The notes beneath the pieces were generated by a model. The model was not told the origin of the DNA and ran no database searches. It was given only the letters and a program-made list of their open reading frames with translations. From assembly GCA_965228735.1 (NCBI GenBank), contig OZ245838.1, positions 128,001 through 192,000 on the forward strand: a stretch of 64,000 nucleotides of DNA, in the 5' to 3' direction. The DNA comes from Planctomycetota bacterium. Its GTDB lineage: Bacteria; Planctomycetota; UBA1135; UBA2386. Shown piece after piece: positions 56,901-64,000 of the stretch. Both the position numbers and the translations under genes were made by a program. Numbering within the stretch: position 1 is the stretch's first letter; each line of letters opens with the position of its first letter.

Positions 56901-57556
56901 TGCGGGCGCGGTTGCACGACGTGTGGGACGAGCCGATGGCTGCGCCAGCGCTCGGCGGTCGCCGCAGCAGCATCGACGTCGCGGGCTACACGGAACTCGG
57001 GCGCAGTCTGTGGACCGCGTTCGAAGCCGGGCTCGATCGCTTGTCGATCGAGCCCGACGGTGCGGCGGACCGGTCCGACCCGCGCTGGCGCGGCGAGGTC
57101 GCGCTCGGCTACCGGCTCGTCGACGGCGACGTCGCCGCGGCCGCGCGCTTCTCTCCGCTCGGTGCGACCGCCGGACCGGACAGCCCGTTCCTGCTCGCGG
57201 AGCCGGCCGCGACGCGGTCGTGGCTCGTCAACACGTGGCTGAGCTGGCGGGCCGCGCACCTGATGGGCGATGCCGAGCTCGCCACGGTGTTGCCCGTGCT
57301 GCCCGAGGACGAGTTCGTCACGGGCGCCGTGCGCGTCGATCGGCACGTCGCGCGTGGGCACGGACTGTCGGTGACCGGGTTCGTGGGCGCGGACACCAAC
57401 GCCGGCGACTCGGTCTGGGGCATCGAGACCATGTGGACCTGGCGGCCGTCGTTCCATACGGAGGTCGCGCTGCGCGGTCGCTTCGGTGAGTCGCTCGGTC
57501 GTGCGGGCGACGGTGAGGAGCGGATGCTCGGGCTGCAGGTGGTGACGCGATGGTGA
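53948..57556 (+). CDS. pelB: PelB-like TPR scaffold with C-terminal beta-barrel
   Basis: Long TPR array (e.g. LGQIAIWTNDPRRA), then alternating beta strands ending in an aromatic residue (LQVVTRW); lies directly after pelA. Confidence 0.7.
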   Translation: MSVRGPRLAVFVAAVSAGLVSVMGLAAVGADEGFTVEPTTGRVQVEPWRRAVELRDVSDLGALRAEVQQFASEFGTASATTIARLGQMVERELGAPRFRDDVGSDPTRLAPVEAFFGPTAGPTSPGLDARAAFWAAELRRGSTVDAERLVTLADEFEAAGRPVAAVRWLQRATTRAPAHRDAAMALARLHIAHGDLEGALHVVDRHVGDRANDLEWQRTRARLGAWLGRAALEADALEHVVALAPEPAGRARLIELYAHLGTPERGLPHAVAIADGADAAATSEAAARAALQAGFVAEGLGMLERAAARSPARGTWLRRFAVFAGQDLRLDAAGDALAAAAQATPGSAEIAAALVEHYRRTDQPRRLVEVLERELLRRPGDPRLWHEVITLRAALGDHDAATALGRERDIALADPEAFLAAVPAERRAAAGAVRAEALQLALAGPTDGAIVGATLDRLRGFFAQREFRELAELLLARHPEDPRAKPMRRELVDYGRTPRAALTAAAALSATYPDDLELAELWLERAQWANDVPGQIAARMRVRELAPTDFDNRYALADLLEYGDEPDRALTEWCALVEECGLGSPAAPRVVDALFQTGREAEALEWLRRLAERPDATIDDRLRAADQLFWRRSYDRAQALYAAVLRHSPEHPAALLRLGQIAIWTNDPRRARAFLQRRLAATADDAGLVRFYLGEACWTLGEAGAARALHRAALAEFEALAEPDIVTRGCIATMLARLGDLAGATAAYRDLVARSPRDADLVLDYADLALRSGDLGLAGALGEQAAALEPGHPRLMRLLGTIAAERGDLLAADRYYDEVLAREGPDAALLGEQTEMRSARGEWRRALESATAWRRVQPDSVAAVRTETELRERLADVAIGEVEHRRLGDDRGTTVAFGGRIALAEREWLQGRVGYVERRGVTSLGSGRAESEYARLELGWGRRFANDDRFVVGLTASPGVEGDVPIGLFAALDLRFDGPLELLRVRARLHDVWDEPMAAPALGGRRSSIDVAGYTELGRSLWTAFEAGLDRLSIEPDGAADRSDPRWRGEVALGYRLVDGDVAAAARFSPLGATAGPDSPFLLAEPAATRSWLVNTWLSWRAAHLMGDAELATVLPVLPEDEFVTGAVRVDRHVARGHGLSVTGFVGADTNAGDSVWGIETMWTWRPSFHTEVALRGRFGESLGRAGDGEERMLGLQVVTRW

Positions 57557-60500
57557 CCGCCCCGAGCGATCGCATCGGCGGCCACGTCGAGGCCGCGACG
57601 GCCGTCGCGGTGGTGCTGTTGGCCGGGCTCCTCACCGGGGACTGGGCCGGGGTCGTCACCCTGTCGCCGAGCCCGCTCGTGCTCGCGGTGCTCTGGGCCG
57701 CGTTCCGCCGCGGCCTGGGCGCGACGCTGTCGAGCATCGTGCTCGCGGGGATGCTCTATGCCCTCGCAGTGCTCGTGGACGGTCACAACGATCCGGGCGT
57801 GCTCACGCAGACGACGGTCGGTTGGCCGGTCTTCCTGCTCGCGACCGTCGGCTACGTGGCGGCGCAGGCGCGCGACCTGCTGCGGGTGCGGATCGACCGC
57901 CTCGAGGCGCGGCGAACGCAGCTGCAGGACGACGCGGCTGCGCGGGCGGAGGAGTTCGACGCTCTGGAGCGCATGAACGGCGACCTCCAGCGGCGGGTGT
58001 TCGACCGCACGTTCGACCTCGAGGGGCTCGTCGCGAGCGCCGTAGCCACGGACGACGCACCGATGGCAGTGCTCGACCAGGCGGCCGAGATGCTCGTCGA
58101 GCACTGCGGTGCCGAGAAGGCCTCGGTCCTGCTCGTCACGGCCGACGGCACGCTCGACCTCGCGGCGCATCGCGGCTGGCCGCGCGACGAGGTCGTGCCT
58201 CGCCTCGCGACGTGCAATCAGAGCGCGCGCGTCCTCACCGCGATCGCGGACGGGACTCCCGCACTCACGTTCGCCGACATCGATGGGGCGGCGTTCGAGC
58301 CGGTGCTCGTCGCGCCGGTGCCTGACGCGTCCGGAGCCATCCACGCAGTGCTGTGCCTCGATCAACTGCCGCCGGCCCGCTACGGCGCCGAGACGGTGCG
58401 CACGTTCCGCGGCGTCGCGGCGTGGTTGCTCGCGCTGCTCGAACGGCACTCGCTGCGCGACCCCGTCGGGTCGGGCCGCGCCCAGCTGCAGGTCGCGCTC
58501 GAACGCACGAAGCGGATCGGGAGCAAGTCGGAACTCGCGGACCGGGTGCGGCTCGAGGACGCGCGACAGCAGCGCTACGGCGTCCCGTCGGCGCTGATCT
58601 CGATCCGGTTGCTCGATCTGCGTGTCATGCTGGCGGGCGAGGCCACGGGCCTCGAGACCCGGCTGCTGCACGTGCTCACGACGACGTGCCGGCGCACGGA
58701 CGACGTCTTCCGCTTCGGCTTCGCCGGCTGCTACGCGCTCGTCGTGACCGGCACGCGTGGCGGCAGCGTCGCGGACATCGTCACGCGCCTGCGCGACCGG
58801 TTCGCCGCGTTCGAGGGCAAGGACTTCGGCCCGGTCGACGTGCAGCTCGTCGAGGCCACGCCCGAGTCGCCGACCGTGCGGGCGCAGCTCGAACTGGCGG
58901 CCGAGCGCTTTCGCGAGAGCTCGCCGATGCCGCTCGCCCCGGGTTGTCCGGTGAAGACCACGCGCCTGCCGCCCATCGGCGATGCGGCGGCGCTCGGCTG
59001 GCGACTGCGGCTCGAGGCCGCGCTCGCCGAACGGCTCGAATCCGAGCTCTACCTCATCGACTTCCGGCGCGAAGGTCCGGGGCTCGGCGTGGGGCCGATG
59101 ATCGCGCGCCACCTCGCGCTCGGCTTCGGGGCCCGGCTGCGGCAGACGGACGGCATCTTCGTGCTGAACGCCGGCCGCTGCGTCGTCGTTCTGCCACACA
59201 CGGGTTGCCTCGATGCGGCGATCGTGTGGTCCCGGCTCGACGAGGCGCTGCGGTCGACGCTCCCGGCGGAGCAATACGCGGGCGTGCAGTGCGACTTCCT
59301 CGCGGTCGACCCGACCGCGATCGGGACGACGCTCGATCACCTCGCGGGGCAGGGCAAGGTCGCGGTATCCGGCGATGCGCCACCGACCGGTCTGCTGACG
59401 GACAGCGAGCTGCAGCAGCTCGCGCTCGAGTTCGGCGGTGGCGGCGGGGAAGGTTTCGGCGACCTCGAACGGGAGATCGAGATCGCCGCGACCAGCGGTG
59501 CGGATGTCGTGCTGCCGTCGGCGACCGAGATCGAGGAACGCTGGGACGAGGTGTTCGCCGACAACGGCGCGCCCTCTGCTCCCGAGAACGCGCCCGAGGG
59601 CGCGCCGGCGCCGCGCCGCATCGTTCGGGACGACGTCGTACCGCCGCGACTGCCGGATGGTGAGGCGTTGTGCCAACGTTGGGACGAGGTCTTCCACGAG
59701 GTCGACGAAGGGGCGCCCGCGCCCGTCGAGCCTGGCGCTGGACTCGCCGCCGCGTCGACGGCGGAGCACGCCGAGCAGGAATCACAACTGGAGGATGAAG
59801 TGAGAGACGATGATCCGATCACGACGGCCAAGAACGAGCCCGGTGCGGCCGATCCGGTGCCCGTTGCGGGCCGCGAGCCGATGACCTGGCGCGCGGCGTT
59901 CGATGCCCTGGTCGCGGAGTTCGCCGCGAGCGGCGAACGGTTCACGAGTTCCGATCTGCGGACGGCCGCCGCCGCGCGCGGCATCGGGGAGCCGCCGCAG
60001 GCGAGCGACTGGGCGACGGCGATCAACGCGGCGCGCCGGGCCGGGTTGATCCGGCGGGCCGGCCGTCGCGTGCCGTCGACGACGGCCGGGCGGCACGGCG
60101 CGAAGGTCGCGCAGTGGATCGGCTGCGAGCCGGTCGCCGCGGCCGCAACGGATCAGGCTCCCGAGTTGCTGACAGTGCCGCGGCAACCCGTGCTCAGCGA
60201 GGCGCTCTGTGCGGTCGAGTCCGTGCTGAGTGACGAACTGCCCGCGGCGCTCGACGACCCCGCCGCACTCGACGACACGGTGCAGCAGCTCCGCGCGGAC
60301 CTCGACGCGTTGCGCGCCGAGGTCGGGCAGCGGGAGGCGCAGCGGCTTCCGGCGCGCGAGCCGGTCGAAGGCGGTCGGGAGCTGCAGGAGGTGCAACGCC
60401 AGCTGCAGGACCTGCGCGACCTGATCCGGGGTTCCGGCAACGTTCCGGCTGCAGGGCCTGGACGATCGAGCGCACCATCGGATCCGGGCACGGACCCGAC

Positions 60501-60582
60501 GACGCTGGGCCTGCTCGAACGTCAGATCGAGGGCCTGTTCGCGCTTTGTCGGCGCGCGGCCGACAGCACTGCGAACGACTGA
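57550..60582 (+). CDS. pelD: PelD-like c-di-GMP receptor: TMs + coiled coil + GAF + two degenerate GGDEF + long C-terminal extension
   Basis: SPSPLVLAVLWAAFRRG TM region; GAF (LDQLP..RY); RRTD-DVFRFG and RQTD-GIF I-site patterns. Confidence 0.75.
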   Translation: MVTAPSDRIGGHVEAATAVAVVLLAGLLTGDWAGVVTLSPSPLVLAVLWAAFRRGLGATLSSIVLAGMLYALAVLVDGHNDPGVLTQTTVGWPVFLLATVGYVAAQARDLLRVRIDRLEARRTQLQDDAAARAEEFDALERMNGDLQRRVFDRTFDLEGLVASAVATDDAPMAVLDQAAEMLVEHCGAEKASVLLVTADGTLDLAAHRGWPRDEVVPRLATCNQSARVLTAIADGTPALTFADIDGAAFEPVLVAPVPDASGAIHAVLCLDQLPPARYGAETVRTFRGVAAWLLALLERHSLRDPVGSGRAQLQVALERTKRIGSKSELADRVRLEDARQQRYGVPSALISIRLLDLRVMLAGEATGLETRLLHVLTTTCRRTDDVFRFGFAGCYALVVTGTRGGSVADIVTRLRDRFAAFEGKDFGPVDVQLVEATPESPTVRAQLELAAERFRESSPMPLAPGCPVKTTRLPPIGDAAALGWRLRLEAALAERLESELYLIDFRREGPGLGVGPMIARHLALGFGARLRQTDGIFVLNAGRCVVVLPHTGCLDAAIVWSRLDEALRSTLPAEQYAGVQCDFLAVDPTAIGTTLDHLAGQGKVAVSGDAPPTGLLTDSELQQLALEFGGGGGEGFGDLEREIEIAATSGADVVLPSATEIEERWDEVFADNGAPSAPENAPEGAPAPRRIVRDDVVPPRLPDGEALCQRWDEVFHEVDEGAPAPVEPGAGLAAASTAEHAEQESQLEDEVRDDDPITTAKNEPGAADPVPVAGREPMTWRAAFDALVAEFAASGERFTSSDLRTAAAARGIGEPPQASDWATAINAARRAGLIRRAGRRVPSTTAGRHGAKVAQWIGCEPVAAAATDQAPELLTVPRQPVLSEALCAVESVLSDELPAALDDPAALDDTVQQLRADLDALRAEVGQREAQRLPAREPVEGGRELQEVQRQLQDLRDLIRGSGNVPAAGPGRSSAPSDPGTDPTTLGLLERQIEGLFALCRRAADSTAND

Positions 60583-60583
60583 G

Positions 60584-61555
60584 ATGACGCGCGCCGACCC
60601 GCACTTCCTGCTCCGCGTGCTCGCGGCCGCCGTTGCGGTCGTGGCATCGGTGGGTGCCACCGGTGCGTTCGTGCTGGGGGATGGCACGGGGCAGCTCGGC
60701 ATCGGCGTGCTGCTGCACGTCGTCGCGGTGGTGCTGTCGTTCCTCGCCGCGGGCGGGCAGGCGCGGGACGAACGCTGGCTGCTCGCCGCGTTGACGGCGA
60801 CGTTGCCCGTCGGCGGCGCGCTCGCGGTGTGGTGGCGCTGCGTCTGGTGGCCGGCCCGGGCGTCGACGAACGCCCACGCCGCGGCCGAGGTCGAGCGGGA
60901 GCCGGCGCCCGGGGCCGAGCGTCGGGCGCCGCCGCGCTGCCGCGAGCCCGGTGTCGAGAGCGCCGTGAGCGTCGTGCGGACCGGCGACCGTTCTCGCCGG
61001 CGGGCGTTGCTCCGGCGGCTGGCCGATCTCGGGGAGCCGGAACGGATCGCGTTGTTGCGCACGTTCCTCGCGGCCGGCGATCCGGAGCTGCGCCTCTGTG
61101 CGCACGCCGAACTCTCGCGGCTCGGGCGCGACCGCGAGCACCGCATCGCGGACCTCGAGGCGGCGGTGGCGGCGGCGCCGGATGACGTGACGGTCTGGCT
61201 CGAGCTCGCGGCGGCGCAGCTCGCCTACGCGGCGAGCGGTTTGCTCGACCCGGCCATGGCGGAGTTCTGGATCGAACGCGCCGAACGCAGCGGCCGGCGC
61301 GCGGTCGCGGCGGACAGCGACGACGCGGCCGCCCGCCGCCGGCTGGCGGAGGTCCTGACCGTGCGCGGTCGACTCGACGAGGCGTCGCGTTGCCTCGCCG
61401 GCGACTCGGATGCCGACCTCGAGGCGGCGGCCGAGATCGCGTTCCGGCGCCGGCGCGTTGCGGAATGCAGGGCCGCTCGCGAACAGCTGCGCGCCCGCGA
61501 CGCCGAGGTGCCCGCCTGGCTCGACCACGCGGTGGCGGGAGGGGACCGCTCGTGA
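60584..61555 (+). CDS. pelE: PelE-like protein (N-terminal TMs + HEAT/TPR)
   Basis: TLPVGG TM motif, DPELRLCA, YAASGLLD; lies between pelD and pelF. Confidence 0.7.
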   Translation: MTRADPHFLLRVLAAAVAVVASVGATGAFVLGDGTGQLGIGVLLHVVAVVLSFLAAGGQARDERWLLAALTATLPVGGALAVWWRCVWWPARASTNAHAAAEVEREPAPGAERRAPPRCREPGVESAVSVVRTGDRSRRRALLRRLADLGEPERIALLRTFLAAGDPELRLCAHAELSRLGRDREHRIADLEAAVAAAPDDVTVWLELAAAQLAYAASGLLDPAMAEFWIERAERSGRRAVAADSDDAAARRRLAEVLTVRGRLDEASRCLAGDSDADLEAAAEIAFRRRRVAECRAAREQLRARDAEVPAWLDHAVAGGDRS

Positions 61556-63096
61556 CCGACGAAGTCGACGTCCTGCTCGTTCTCGAGGGCACGTATCCGT
61601 TCGTGCTCGGGGGTGTGTCGAGCTGGGTGCACCGCGTCATCGGACAGCTGCCGGAGCTGCGCTTCGGCGTCGTGCACCTCGCGCCCCGCGTCGGCTTCTA
61701 CGGGGAGGAGTCGGCGTACGATCTGCCGGACAACGTCACGTTCGTCCGCGAGATCGGCCTGACGCCGCCACCGCGCAAGGCGGCGCGCATCGGTCGCCGG
61801 CACGCGCCGCTCTTCGCCTCGATGTGGCGCGATCTCGAACGGTTGCGGCATCCCGAGGTCGAACCGACGGCGTTGCTGCGCGCGTTGCGCGAGCGGGCGG
61901 CCCGGCTGCAGGACGCGGGCTTCGGGCCGGCCGAGGTGCTCGCGAGTGCGGCGTGTCGCGACGCGTGTGTGCGCACCTATGAAGCGACGGCGCCGGCCGA
62001 GAGCTTCCTCGACTTCTTCTGGACGTGGCGCTTCGCGTATCAGCCCCTCGTCGAGTTGCTGTTCGTCGACGCACCGTCCGCCGCGCTCGTCCATACCGTT
62101 TCGACGGGCTACGCCGGGTTCTTCGGCGCGCTCGTCGCCGTCTGCGCGGACCGACCGTTGCTCGTGACCGAGCACGGCATCTACACGAAGGAACGGCGCA
62201 TCGAGCTCTATGCAGGCGAGTGGGTGCGGGCGGTGGACGGCCGGGGCTCGGCGGGCGCGGTGCCGCTCGACGACCTGGTGATCGATGGCGTGCGGCCGTT
62301 CTTCGAACGCTTCTGGACCGCGCACTTCGAAGCGCTCAGCCGGTGTTGCTATGCGCCGGCGAAGCGCATCGTGACCCTGTACGGCGACAACCGCGCGCAG
62401 CAGATCGCCGACGGCGCCGAGCCCGAGCGTTGCGAGATCATTCCCAACGGCGTCGACGTTCGCGCCCTGGCCGCTGCGGTCGAGGAGCGCGAGATCGCGG
62501 CCTTCGATCGGCCGTTCACGGTCGCCTTCGTCGGTCGCGTGTGTCCGATCAAGGACGTGCGCACGTTCCTCGCAGCGATGCGCCTCGTGGTCGCCGAGGT
62601 GCCCGACTGCGTCGTGCGCGTGCTCGGCCCGATGGCGGAGGACGCGGCCTACGCCGAGGAGTGCCGAGCGTTCTGCTCGGAGCTCGGGCTCGACGGCGCC
62701 GTGCAGTTCGAAGGGCCCGTCGACGTGCGGCGCGAGTTGCCGGCGGTCGACGTGCTCGTGCTCACGAGCATCTCCGAGGCGCAGCCGCTCGTCGTCCTCG
62801 AGGCCGGCGGTTGTGCCGTGCCGGTCGTCGCGACGGACGTCGGCAGCTGCCGCGAACTGCTCGAGGGGCGGACTCCCGAGGACCGCGCGATCGGGCACGG
62901 CGGTTTCGTCGCCCCGATCGCCGCGCCCGGGGCGATCGCGAGCCACGTGCTCGACCTCTGGGCCGATCCCGACCTGCGGCGGCGCCTCGGCCGCAACCTG
63001 CAGGAGCGGGTGCGGCGGTTCTACGACGAACGCCAGATGATCGCGCGGTACCGCGCGCTGTACGCCGAGCACCTCACCAACGCGGAGGTGGTCTGA
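61552..63096 (+). CDS. pelF: GT4 glycosyltransferase PelF
   Basis: LEGTYPFVLGGVSSWVH, HTVSTGYAG, TEHGIYTKER, IIPNG, GRVCPIKDV, LTSISEAQPL, ATDVGSCRE. Confidence 0.95.
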   Translation: MTDEVDVLLVLEGTYPFVLGGVSSWVHRVIGQLPELRFGVVHLAPRVGFYGEESAYDLPDNVTFVREIGLTPPPRKAARIGRRHAPLFASMWRDLERLRHPEVEPTALLRALRERAARLQDAGFGPAEVLASAACRDACVRTYEATAPAESFLDFFWTWRFAYQPLVELLFVDAPSAALVHTVSTGYAGFFGALVAVCADRPLLVTEHGIYTKERRIELYAGEWVRAVDGRGSAGAVPLDDLVIDGVRPFFERFWTAHFEALSRCCYAPAKRIVTLYGDNRAQQIADGAEPERCEIIPNGVDVRALAAAVEEREIAAFDRPFTVAFVGRVCPIKDVRTFLAAMRLVVAEVPDCVVRVLGPMAEDAAYAEECRAFCSELGLDGAVQFEGPVDVRRELPAVDVLVLTSISEAQPLVVLEAGGCAVPVVATDVGSCRELLEGRTPEDRAIGHGGFVAPIAAPGAIASHVLDLWADPDLRRRLGRNLQERVRRFYDERQMIARYRALYAEHLTNAEVV

Positions 63097-63097
63097 C

Positions 63098-64000
63098 GTG
63101 GCCGGCATCGGCTTCGATCTGCTGCGACTGTGCCGCGAGGACCGCGGGCTGCTCGCCCGCACGCACGCCTACGTCACCGCGGGCATGGTGACGGCTGGGC
63201 CGTGGCTCGTCACGATGGCGAGCCTGTGGCTCGTTCGCCTGCTCGCCGGCGGCCTCGTGCCGGGCATCACGGACGCGACGGTGGACGAGTTCTTCGCCGT
63301 CGTGAGTTGCGTGTTCGCAGCGAGCCTCGTCACGACGGGCGGGCTGCAGATGGCTGCCACGCGCTGGCTCGCGGACCTGCTGCACGGCGGCGCCGACGGG
63401 CTGCTCGTGCCGACGCTGGCGCGCACCTTGGTTCTCGTCGCCGCGGTGCAGGCGCCGACCGCCGTCGCCGCGACCCTGTGGCTGGGTTTCGACGTCACGC
63501 TCGTTCTGCCCGTCACGTTGCTCTACACGGCCGTGAGTCTGTCGTGGATCACGTTCGTCTGGCTCGGACTGATCCGGCAGCACGTCCGCATCGTGATCGT
63601 GTTCGCGCTCGGCGCCCTGCTGTTCGCGGCCGCGCTGCTGCTGTGCGGTCCCGGCCTCGATCTGCAGGGGCTGGTGTGGCTCTACGCGCTCGTGAATGCG
63701 CTCGTCGTCGCGGCCCTCGTCGGCCTGATCCTCGCGGGAACGGAACGGGCCGATGTCACGGGTGCGGCGGCGGTGCCCGATGTCACGGCGTTGTTGCGGC
63801 ACCGTACGCTGTGGACCGTCGGCACCGCGTACGCGGCATCCATCTGGATCGACAAGGCGATCTTCTGGTGGGCCGAGGGCGTGCCGGTGGGAGGGTTGCC
63901 GACGCACCCGCTCTACGACACGTGCTTCTATCTCGCGTACCTGACCGTCGTGCCGGCGATGGCGGCCAACCTCGTGCACTTCGAGACGCGCTTCTACGGC
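63098..64000 (+). CDS. pelG: Pel exopolysaccharide transporter PelG (partial, runs off the window)
   Basis: Starts MAGIGFDL; GPWL, TRWLAD, IWIDK, YD..FYLAYLT..P....V.FETRFY; not in the ORF track. Confidence 0.93.
   Translation, partial: MAGIGFDLLRLCREDRGLLARTHAYVTAGMVTAGPWLVTMASLWLVRLLAGGLVPGITDATVDEFFAVVSCVFAASLVTTGGLQMAATRWLADLLHGGADGLLVPTLARTLVLVAAVQAPTAVAATLWLGFDVTLVLPVTLLYTAVSLSWITFVWLGLIRQHVRIVIVFALGALLFAAALLLCGPGLDLQGLVWLYALVNALVVAALVGLILAGTERADVTGAAAVPDVTALLRHRTLWTVGTAYAASIWIDKAIFWWAEGVPVGGLPTHPLYDTCFYLAYLTVVPAMAANLVHFETRFYG

Noticed and set aside
57550..60582. Active diguanylate cyclase
   Set aside because: Both GGDEF signature positions are degenerate (GFAGC, NAGRC).
45057..63979. 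Long opposite-strand ORFs over gnd, prfC and the pel genes (e.g. 45057-46484, 48949-50526, 57109-59769, 61225-63162)
   Set aside because: They fully overlap well-supported genes on the other strand and have shadow-ORF composition.
1..64000. tRNA, rRNA, replication origin
   Set aside because: No cloverleaf or rRNA signature and no DnaA-box cluster recognised by eye; tRNAscan-SE/Infernal would be needed to exclude them formally.

Overview
High-GC (roughly 70%) bacterial chromosome segment. The gene content (ECF sigma factor with a long membrane-anchored extension, many HEAT/TPR proteins, short NusA) suggests Planctomycetota; this is inference. About 1-50.5 kb is mostly housekeeping and envelope genes: infB (partial), nusA, RlmI-type methyltransferase, thiS, rpmH, a STAS/SpoIIE pair, nadD, rsmG, miaA, yidC, GT2s, gmhB-like, radC, a BlaI/BlaR1-like pair, M28 peptidase, terC, NFACT/RqcH, ndk, gnd, prfC. 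A small ParDE toxin-antitoxin cassette is flanked by a duplicated NFACT 3' end. From 50.6 kb to the end lies a variant Pel exopolysaccharide locus. PelA is split into a divergent hydrolase lipoprotein and a separate deacetylase. It is followed by PelB-like, an unusually long PelD-like receptor (two degenerate GGDEF domains with RxxD sites plus a phage-like winged-helix segment), PelE-like, PelF and partial PelG, with no pelC in its usual position. Other signals: gene-end duplications and inverted repeats, a His-to-Asp pseudokinase, a pseudo-GT2/FemAB fusion, and repeated TANNNT hexamers 6-7 nt before start codons (leaderless-type promoters). No rRNA, tRNA, CRISPR array, integrase or transposase was recognised. 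All protein calls come from motif recognition by eye, not from database searches.
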